From IMG/VR virus record IMGVR_UViG_3300047498_000060, positions 45,052 to 109,051 of that record: DNA of 64,000 bases. The stretch is one strand, 5' to 3'. Shown here piece after piece: positions 54,346-61,173 of the stretch. The notes beneath the pieces were generated by a model. It ran no database searches and had not been told where the DNA came from. It was given only the letters and a program-made list of their open reading frames with translations. The position numbers and the translations under genes were made by a program. This stretch comes from a virus. Numbering within the stretch: position 1 is the first letter of the stretch; every line of letters begins with the position of its first letter.

Positions 54346-55089
54346 TCAGCCGCCGTGGCCTACCACGGGTGCGCCGTTCGCGGGCGGCCCCAGGGTGAAG
54401 CCGGGGACCGCGTTGGCGGCAGACGCCATGGCCTGGGCGAGGATGGCCGGGTCGGTCGTGGAGACCGGCGCGGAGGACAGCGGGTGTCCCGTCTGACCCG
54501 CGAGCTGATCACGCAGAGAAACCGGCAGTGGCTTGGGAGCCACGGCCGTAGGTGCCTCAAGGGACTGCGTGGCCTTGGACACGGCCGCCTGGTAGAGGCG
54601 TTCTTCGACCGGTGTGCGCGCCGCGTTGTTCGCGAGAGCCACGACGATCTCGGTGGCGTTGCGTTCGCGGACCACGCTCTCTCCGATGAGGGAGGGTGAA
54701 ACCGCACTGACCGGAAGGCGCAGCGGCTCGTACAGCAGGCTGCTCGGCACCTCGCCAGGGCCCGTGTCCTTCGCGTGGGTCTCGCGGACCGTGGTGGTAG
54801 CCACAGGCTTGCGGCCAACGGCGCGTTTCGCGACGGGCGCAGCCTTCGCCGCCTTCTTTGCGACCTTCTTCGCAGCAGCTTTCTTCGCCACCTTCTTCGC
54901 GGTGCGTGGGGCTGCTGACTTGCCACCATCCTCGCCGAAGCGGGCGTCGATGGCCTCAGCGGCGATCTTCCTGTCGTGCGGACCCCAATCGCTCTTGCCC
55001 ACGGCGCGCCGCGCGCCCGTCGCCGTTTCGTACTTCCCTGCCTTGAGATTCTCGCTGAACACTGACAGCGTCATCCGCTCGTAACCCAT
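54346..55089 (-). CDS. Protein with histone-H1-like AKK repeats
   Basis: AKKVAKKAAAKKVAKKAAKAAPVAK; AGGAG RBS. Confidence 0.65.
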   Translation of the reverse strand: MGYERMTLSVFSENLKAGKYETATGARRAVGKSDWGPHDRKIAAEAIDARFGEDGGKSAAPRTAKKVAKKAAAKKVAKKAAKAAPVAKRAVGRKPVATTTVRETHAKDTGPGEVPSSLLYEPLRLPVSAVSPSLIGESVVRERNATEIVVALANNAARTPVEERLYQAAVSKATQSLEAPTAVAPKPLPVSLRDQLAGQTGHPLSSAPVSTTDPAILAQAMASAANAVPGFTLGPPANGAPVVGHGG

Positions 55090-55158
55090 CGTGGTCGTCT
55101 CCTGGGCGTCTCGGCCCGTAGTGGTAGAAAAGAACAAGTACTCCCGTTGTAGAAGAAG

Positions 55159-55296
55159 TCAACGGTAGAACGTAAGAACACACAGCAGAGCTACCCAGAC
55201 CGCAACGAAGGCGGCGTACTTCCAGCCGGCTCTGTGGATGGGGCGATGAGGCTCGCTCATCTTTCGTAACGCTCGATCACTGAACTCTAGGGCCAT
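55159..55296 (-). CDS. Small membrane peptide
   Basis: GAGGA RBS; C-terminal TM; motif copy at 55312-55320. Confidence 0.45.
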   Translation of the reverse strand: MALEFSDRALRKMSEPHRPIHRAGWKYAAFVAVWVALLCVLTFYR

Positions 55297-55304
55297 GGCT
55301 TCCT

Positions 55305-55357
55305 CACCGCTCTTGTCCCCTGACTCTCTAGATACTTTATCGGGGATAAGGACAGCG
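55305..55357. promoter_or_regulatory. Back-to-back copies of promoter-like motif (divergent)
   Basis: GGGGACAAG on minus (55320-55312) and GGGGATAAG on plus (55342-55350). Confidence 0.55.
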
Positions 55358-55404
55358 GCCGCAACGCTTGCCCCTCGTGTAGTGCCCGCTGCTATCATGC
55401 GGCC

Positions 55405-55773
55405 ATGCGAAACCTCATCTGCATATTAGTCTGCACGCTCGTAGCGTGTCAGATGCCGGTCCCTCCAACCCCGTGCGTTCCGGACGCGATGCCTACGCCG
55501 GTGGCTAAGGCGACACCTTGTGTGGTTCCTGCCCCTTCCGGGCCAGTGACGCCGCCCTCACCGCCAGAGCCGCACGACGCCTGCTGGAACGCAGCGCAGA
55601 AGCTCATCTCGCTGGGCTGCAAAGACAGCCGTGGTCGCGTCCTCGGTGGCCCAGACCTCAGCGGCCTTACCTGGTCGCAGGTCTGCCGTCAGGACCTCTC
55701 GAACGGCGTCAATCTCAACGCGAGCTGCATCTCTGCAGCCAACACGTGCGCGGCAGCGGAGGCATGTAAATGA
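55405..55773 (+). CDS. Cys-rich lipoprotein
   Basis: LVAC lipobox, Pro-rich linker, Cys-rich domain; TATCAT 6 nt before ATG. Confidence 0.7.
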   Translation: MRNLICILVCTLVACQMPVPPTPCVPDAMPTPVAKATPCVVPAPSGPVTPPSPPEPHDACWNAAQKLISLGCKDSRGRVLGGPDLSGLTWSQVCRQDLSNGVNLNASCISAANTCAAAEACK

Positions 55774-56606
55774 ACCAGATCACTTGGCAGGGTCGCAACT
55801 TCAAGAGCCACGAGCTCTTCGACAGCACGATGCCCGACGCACTTCGGGCCCATATCGCACCGCCGCGTCCCTTCGAGGGCGTGATGATGGCGTTCAAGGC
55901 GTCGGCGACAGCGCAGAACGGGAGTGACTACGACATCCCGAACCAGCCGCCGGCGTACGACCAGGGCGACGAAGGCTCCTGTGTCCTCAACTCCACGATC
56001 GGTGCGATGAGCATCGTCCTTGGTGTTGAGAAGCTCGCCGCCGTGATGCTCTCCCGCAACTTCCTGTACTGGCTGTGCCGCGAGGTCATGGGTACCACCA
56101 AGCAGGACAGCGGGACCTACTCGTCTCTCGCCGTCGACCGCGTCGGGAAGATCGGCGTCTGCGAGGAGAGCACCTGGGCGTACGGCGACGACACGATGTA
56201 CGTCGCGCCCTCGCTTCAGGCCTACAGCGAAGCCTCGGACAACAAGGCGACCGCGTGGTTCCAGGTCGACTCTCCCAGCGCCAAGGTCGCGCGCCTCACG
56301 CAGATCGAGGCAGCGATCCGCTCCAACCACCCGGTCATCTTCGGCACCCCCGTCGACAACGCGATCCAGACCTACCAGTCGGGGCAGATCCTCAGCACCC
56401 CTGACGTGAACGCCCTCATCGGCGGCCACGAGATGGTGGTCACGGGCGTCCGCTACATCGCCGGCCAGCGCGTCTGGATCTGGCGCAACTCTTGGGGTAC
56501 GTCCTACGGGGACAACGGCTACCTCATGGTGGACGACAACTGGATGAACTGGGCACAGCTCCAGGACATCTGGTTGTTGACGCGACTCTCCCCGTTGCTA
56601 TTCTAG
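55770..56606 (+). CDS. Papain-family (C1A) cysteine peptidase
   Basis: DQGDEGSC (Gln/Cys), GGHEM (His), RNSWG..YGDNGY (Asn). Confidence 0.92.
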   Translation: MNQITWQGRNFKSHELFDSTMPDALRAHIAPPRPFEGVMMAFKASATAQNGSDYDIPNQPPAYDQGDEGSCVLNSTIGAMSIVLGVEKLAAVMLSRNFLYWLCREVMGTTKQDSGTYSSLAVDRVGKIGVCEESTWAYGDDTMYVAPSLQAYSEASDNKATAWFQVDSPSAKVARLTQIEAAIRSNHPVIFGTPVDNAIQTYQSGQILSTPDVNALIGGHEMVVTGVRYIAGQRVWIWRNSWGTSYGDNGYLMVDDNWMNWAQLQDIWLLTRLSPLLF

Positions 56607-57266
56607 GTGAATCAACGTACTCCTCCGACCATCCACGTAGGTGACACCTACGGGCTGTGGACCGTAGTAACGAGCCCCTGGCGCAACGCCAGGGGCTTTC
56701 TTGTTGTGGGAGTAGTGTGCAGCTGCTCCCCAGAACACGAGGTTGTACGTGACGCATACAGCGTGTATCGCGGCGACTCCGGATCTTGCGGCTGCAGACG
56801 CATGCAGGCCTCACGGGAAGCGCACTTACGACACGGGCAATCCAGTGGAAAACGCACGCGTATCTATCGCATCTGGCGTGGCATGCGGCAGCGCTGCCTG
56901 AACAAGAACAACCCTATCTATAAGGGCTACGGCGAACGAGGTATCACCATCACTCCTCGCTGGAATAAGTTCGAGAATTTCTGGAAAGACATGGGAGACC
57001 CACCAAGCAAGCGGCACTCACTAGGGCGCATCAACAATGATAGTCCATACTCCAAGGCCAACTGCGAATGGCAAACCGCAGACGTCCAGTGCAACAACAC
57101 ACGCAGTACTCGCCATGTCACCTTTGAGGGGCGTACGGCCTCACTTACGCAGTGGGCGCGTGAGTACGGGCTGCCTCCGCATACATTGCGCGCAAGACTA
57201 GAAGCTAACTGGGACGTACGGCGCGCACTACAGACACCGATACGTTCACGCAACGTCACTACCTAA
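56607..57266 (+). CDS. HNH homing endonuclease
   Basis: YRIWRGMRQRC, YGERGI, LGRINNDSPYSKANCEW..Q.NN, TFEGRTASLTQWA. Confidence 0.88.
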   Translation: MNQRTPPTIHVGDTYGLWTVVTSPWRNARGFLVVGVVCSCSPEHEVVRDAYSVYRGDSGSCGCRRMQASREAHLRHGQSSGKRTRIYRIWRGMRQRCLNKNNPIYKGYGERGITITPRWNKFENFWKDMGDPPSKRHSLGRINNDSPYSKANCEWQTADVQCNNTRSTRHVTFEGRTASLTQWAREYGLPPHTLRARLEANWDVRRALQTPIRSRNVTT

Positions 57267-57273
57267 AGGAACC

Positions 57274-57471
57274 ATGGCACGACAACTCGTTCTCATCTGC
57301 GACGGCAAAGACTGCGGCACTGTACTGCTTGAGCCTCATGCGGGCTTCATCATCAAAGGCTCCATCGAGGAGGCTGCCATTGAGAGCCCAAAGCCTCTGG
57401 TTGTGCAGGCCGAGGAAACGGTGCTCTGCAGAGAGTGCTTTCTTACAACGCTCGGTGCAGCTACAAAGTAG
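57274..57471 (+). CDS. Small CxxC protein
   Basis: AAAGGA RBS; CDGKDC and CREC. Confidence 0.55.
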   Translation: MARQLVLICDGKDCGTVLLEPHAGFIIKGSIEEAAIESPKPLVVQAEETVLCRECFLTTLGAATK

Positions 57472-57473
57472 GG

Positions 57474-57896
57474 ATGCCGAAGGCGCGAAGAATCAACCTG
57501 CCCGTGGGCGAGGACCTCGGTGTCCTTCTGGACGTACTAATCTGGGGAGTGCGCGAAGAGTGCCGCAAGGCGGGCAAGTCGAAGCCCACCCAGGTGGACA
57601 TCATCAATCGCGCGCTCCTCGCCTACTGCCTCGAGCGAAAAGACTCCTTGCTGAAGGTGCTCGCCAATGAAGCCGACCAAGCCACCGTCGCAGACGCTCT
57701 TCAACGAGCAGGACATTCTTCCGGACTACAGCGCTTCGCTCAGCAACTTCAAGGCCGAGCCGGTCACGCCCATCCCAAGCGTCGCGGAGATAGCCGCACA
57801 CCAGGCGGGGGAGATGGAGCACCCGCTCTTTCGATCCACCCCCGCGTTGCCGAAGCGCTCGGAGACCTCGATCCTACAGGGCCTGCTGGGTGGTGA
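57474..57896 (+). CDS. Possible RHH-like DNA-binding protein (tail overlaps next gene)
   Basis: INLPV beta strand then two helices (TQVDIINRAL). Confidence 0.4.
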   Translation: MPKARRINLPVGEDLGVLLDVLIWGVREECRKAGKSKPTQVDIINRALLAYCLERKDSLLKVLANEADQATVADALQRAGHSSGLQRFAQQLQGRAGHAHPKRRGDSRTPGGGDGAPALSIHPRVAEALGDLDPTGPAGW

Positions 57897-58206
57897 CGTT
57901 CGGGTCCTGCTCGACGACCGAGCTCGCAATCCGAGGCGTTACGGACCCGAGACCTCCGCCGTCCTCGACAGACTCGAAGGCAACCCAACCGCTATCGATC
58001 TCACCCCCGAGGACCAGTACCTCCTGAACATGGCAGTGCTCGAGTTCGCCTCGGCGCCGAAGCCAGAACCCCCAGAGGTAATGAAGCCTAAGCCGAGGCC
58101 GAAGAAAGAGATCGTCGCACAAAACGGAGAGGGGCCCGCACGCACGCTACCCTGGAGCGAAGATGCGCCAGAGCAGAAACCCGAGAGCTACTGGTGGATG
58201 AAGTAG
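57667..58206 (+). CDS. Hypothetical protein
   Basis: AAGGTG RBS; ends before palindrome. Confidence 0.6.
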   Translation: MKPTKPPSQTLFNEQDILPDYSASLSNFKAEPVTPIPSVAEIAAHQAGEMEHPLFRSTPALPKRSETSILQGLLGGDVRVLLDDRARNPRRYGPETSAVLDRLEGNPTAIDLTPEDQYLLNMAVLEFASAPKPEPPEVMKPKPRPKKEIVAQNGEGPARTLPWSEDAPEQKPESYWWMK

Positions 58207-58216
58207 CCACAAAAGA

Positions 58217-58258
58217 GAAGAGGGCAGCCCGTACGGGCTGCCCTCTTCATTCTTAGCC
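58217..58258. terminator. Perfect 32-bp palindrome, bidirectional terminator, CTTAGC on plus side
   Basis: GAAGAGGGCAGCCC-GTAC-GGGCTGCCCTCTTC between convergent genes. Confidence 0.85.
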
Positions 58259-58269
58259 CGTGGAAGGGA

Positions 58270-59328
58270 CTACTGGGCGAGCGAGGCGTTCAGGAGCGCC
58301 GTACCGTCGTACTCGTATTCGATGGAATACGAGTGACCTGTACCCGCCGTGGTGCCTGCCGTGAGGCCGAGCGCAGCGTTGGCCGTGCCCGCACCAACCA
58401 CGATCGTCATGACCGTGCCGCTGCGCATGTTCGTGAGGACGAGGTTGCCGCTAGAGTTCACCGACGGGGTGACGCCCGACCATGCCTTGGCGATGGCGGC
58501 GAGCAGCGCTGCCTTGCTGAAGGCGTTGCCTTGAGCCGAGAGCGTGAGCGTCTTGAGGACTGTGTTGACCGTCAAGATGAGCGTGAGGCCGTTGAGGCTG
58601 CCCGCACCGCCGTTCCCGCCGTAGAGCGAGGCCGCGTTGATATTGGTCGAACCCGTGACGATAGCCGGCCCGCTCGCGGTGGGTGCCGTCGCTGGCGTAT
58701 AGCTGCCGAACGGGGGGTGCGCAGTCGGGGAGGTGATGACTCCGGTCGGCGGCGCGACGGCGGCGCCATCGACAATCTCCGTGCGGACGAGGGGCACAGA
58801 CTGCCCCGCGCGCAGCTTCGGCAGGTAGCTGAGGCCGATGACGGCACCCGTACCCACCGAGAACGTCGCACCCGTACCGGAGCCGCCCGGCATCGAGATG
58901 GATGTGACCTTGCCGAAGCAGCTGAGGGTCAGGTAGGTCGCTGCGCCACCGTTTGTGCCCGTGACGGTCTCCGTCAACGCGTTGCCCTGAGCGTCATAGC
59001 CCGTGATGGTGACACTTGCCGGCATCTGCGTCGGCGTTGTGCCGGCAACGACAATCTCAACGTTGCGCGTCGGCGACAGCGCAGGGCTGAGCAGCGCGCC
59101 GTAGGAATAGACCGCCGGAGTCGTCTGGGATGCGGTGACCGCGAGGATGGCGGTGGCGCTTGCTGCAGGGGGGCCATCAAACTCCTCGATGGCCACACCG
59201 AGCATCGGAGCGAGCACGGCGCTGATGTCCTTGCGGACGTCGAGGACTTCCTTGGCGATGCCGCCGGGACCGTCGATGAGGTGAGGGTGTGTCGCGCGCT
59301 GCGAACTCCAAAGGCCTGAACCGAACAT
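58270..59328 (-). CDS. Virion structural protein sharing an insertion domain with the tail sheath
   Basis: AGGAG RBS; G/A/T-rich beta protein; C-terminal domain aligns by eye with sheath repeat. Confidence 0.7.
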   Translation of the reverse strand: MFGSGLWSSQRATHPHLIDGPGGIAKEVLDVRKDISAVLAPMLGVAIEEFDGPPAASATAILAVTASQTTPAVYSYGALLSPALSPTRNVEIVVAGTTPTQMPASVTITGYDAQGNALTETVTGTNGGAATYLTLSCFGKVTSISMPGGSGTGATFSVGTGAVIGLSYLPKLRAGQSVPLVRTEIVDGAAVAPPTGVITSPTAHPPFGSYTPATAPTASGPAIVTGSTNINAASLYGGNGGAGSLNGLTLILTVNTVLKTLTLSAQGNAFSKAALLAAIAKAWSGVTPSVNSSGNLVLTNMRSGTVMTIVVGAGTANAALGLTAGTTAGTGHSYSIEYEYDGTALLNASLAQ

Positions 59329-59338
59329 GATGTGTCTC

Positions 59339-59983
59339 CTAGAGTAGAGGTGTTCCGAGCTGCGGTTGGCCGTACTGATTCGTGCCGTACGCGAGTTGCT
59401 GTCCGAATCTCCCGCCACCGAATGTAGCAGGTCCAGGCGCCGGTTGTCCTAGTGCCTGGACTCCTTTGTTCACACCGTAAGCGCCGAGAGCTCCAGCAGC
59501 GAGAGTACCTGCGCCAACAGCGAGGCCGACATGCCCCATTGTTTTCTTCGCAGCTTGTACTCCCTGCTGACCCAGTGACTTCGTAGCCTCTAGTGCCTTC
59601 TTGCCGATGTCTGCCATGGGCGTGAGGCTGAACCCCGCGGTCTTCGCGAGCTCGGCTCCGATGTCCACACCGACAGCCGCTAGGCGAATCATCTCTGCGT
59701 CTGCAGCAAGCCGTTCCGTATACTCGTCGTCGGGGTCACCCCATAGCGGAGCATCCAGCCCAGACTCACGCCAACGCCCCATCTGTTTGCCATGATAGGG
59801 CGGCACACGAGTGTGCTGAAGAGAGCGAGCGACAGGCTCCATCTTCTCAAGCGCGCGTTCACGCTTGTCTTCGTACCTCAGATCCTGTTCTTCACGCACA
59901 TGTTCGTCGTCAGAGCGCGCTGCTGCGAGGAACCCCTCGTTCAGAAGAGCCATGCCGATGCGCGTGATGAGCGAACCGTTCAT
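59339..59983 (-). CDS. Putative virion protein with KTAG motif and glycine zipper
   Basis: ATGA coupling; AELAKTAG; GLAVGAGTLAAGALGAYG. Confidence 0.55.
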   Translation of the reverse strand: MNGSLITRIGMALLNEGFLAAARSDDEHVREEQDLRYEDKRERALEKMEPVARSLQHTRVPPYHGKQMGRWRESGLDAPLWGDPDDEYTERLAADAEMIRLAAVGVDIGAELAKTAGFSLTPMADIGKKALEATKSLGQQGVQAAKKTMGHVGLAVGAGTLAAGALGAYGVNKGVQALGQPAPGPATFGGGRFGQQLAYGTNQYGQPQLGTPLL

Positions 59984-60378
59984 CCGAGCACCCAGACACG
60001 GAGAGTGCATGCGGCCGTGTACGTGATGTTCGCTGAGGTGATACCCAAGACTGGCAGCGCGTTGAAGTAGGCGAGGAAGGAGCCCGGTGTGAGCTCGATA
60101 GCCCCATCCGTCGCACCGTTGACCTTGAGATAGACCGGAGCAGCCTCGGCCTGGTTCGGCTCGTCGTAGCGAACGAGCAACCCCACCGCACCGGGTGAGA
60201 CGATGGTGCCGAAGGGCACTGCGAGGGTGCCGCTTCCCGAGGGGTTGGCGACCTGTGCTTCGAGAGCAACGTACGACCCAGCGAAGTTGAACGGAATCGG
60301 GCTCTGCGGCAGAGACTGATCTGCCGCGAGCTGGAACTGTCCCGAGAACGTGACCGGCTGGGGCGTAGGACCGCTCAT
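59980..60378 (-). CDS. Probable virion structural protein
   Basis: Beta-rich, coupled to tube gene. Confidence 0.6.
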   Translation of the reverse strand: MSGPTPQPVTFSGQFQLAADQSLPQSPIPFNFAGSYVALEAQVANPSGSGTLAVPFGTIVSPGAVGLLVRYDEPNQAEAAPVYLKVNGATDGAIELTPGSFLAYFNALPVLGITSANITYTAACTLRVWVLG

Positions 60379-61139
60379 GAGCCGCCGTCAGGAATGCCGG
60401 GGAAGGTCGTGTTCGCCCCGCCTGCGTTCGAGGAGTTGGTGTTGGTGACCAGGGTAAGGGCCGAGACTGCGACGGGGACCGCACGCTCGAACTGCACCGC
60501 CACCGACTCCTGGATGAGGACGCCCTGTGCATCCGTCGCCCAGCTGTGGTTCGGCAGGTAGCAGGCCTCGAAGTACACCGCCCCGAGCGTGTCGAGGTTG
60601 ATGTCGCGGATGTACATCAGGATCCCGATGGGCTGCGCGAACAGGTCCGACGCCAGGTTGACGTAGATGTTCTCGTAGCCCGGCGGGATGATGACGTCGT
60701 GCGGGTTGGCCACCGACGCCGCGCCAGCGTTGGGGAACATCGCCGGAACAACCGTCGGGGGGATGAGGTCCTGGTAGTACGCGTACAGGATCCGGAGGAG
60801 AGATGCGCCGTGATAGTAGATGCGCCCCAGTCCGAGCTGCCCCACCGTGCGACCAGCGATGAAGTAGCTGCGCTCCGATCCGATCTCGAAGATGCGGGAG
60901 AACTGCCGCGTGTGCGAGAGGTTGAAGTTCTGGATGACGCCGATGGGGAATACGATCTGGTTGGCAGCCTGACCGTTCCCCGCAACCGCACCGGCAACCG
61001 CTGCAGCCCCACCGATGTTCGCGAGGCGGGGCGGACCCGCTGCGAGCATGGTGAAGCCTGCGTTCGCGTAGGCGCCATCGACCAGGCCCGCTTGGACATA
61101 GTTCGAGTACGGCGACCAGTCTGAGAAGTTCCCTGCCAT
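60375..61139 (-). CDS. Tail tube protein
   Basis: Directly after sheath; IGVIQNFNLS..RQFSRIFEIGS and GVLIQESVAVQFER tube-like motifs. Confidence 0.75.
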   Translation of the reverse strand: MAGNFSDWSPYSNYVQAGLVDGAYANAGFTMLAAGPPRLANIGGAAAVAGAVAGNGQAANQIVFPIGVIQNFNLSHTRQFSRIFEIGSERSYFIAGRTVGQLGLGRIYYHGASLLRILYAYYQDLIPPTVVPAMFPNAGAASVANPHDVIIPPGYENIYVNLASDLFAQPIGILMYIRDINLDTLGAVYFEACYLPNHSWATDAQGVLIQESVAVQFERAVPVAVSALTLVTNTNSSNAGGANTTFPGIPDGGS

Positions 61140-61173
61140 GATGGGTGTCCTTTGTGAGTCCGGCCGACGTTGG

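Noticed and set aside
59339-60532. 397-aa ORF as a single gene
   Set aside because: The N-terminal half overlaps the tube and 59980 genes in another frame; ATG 59983 with ATGA coupling explains the real portion.
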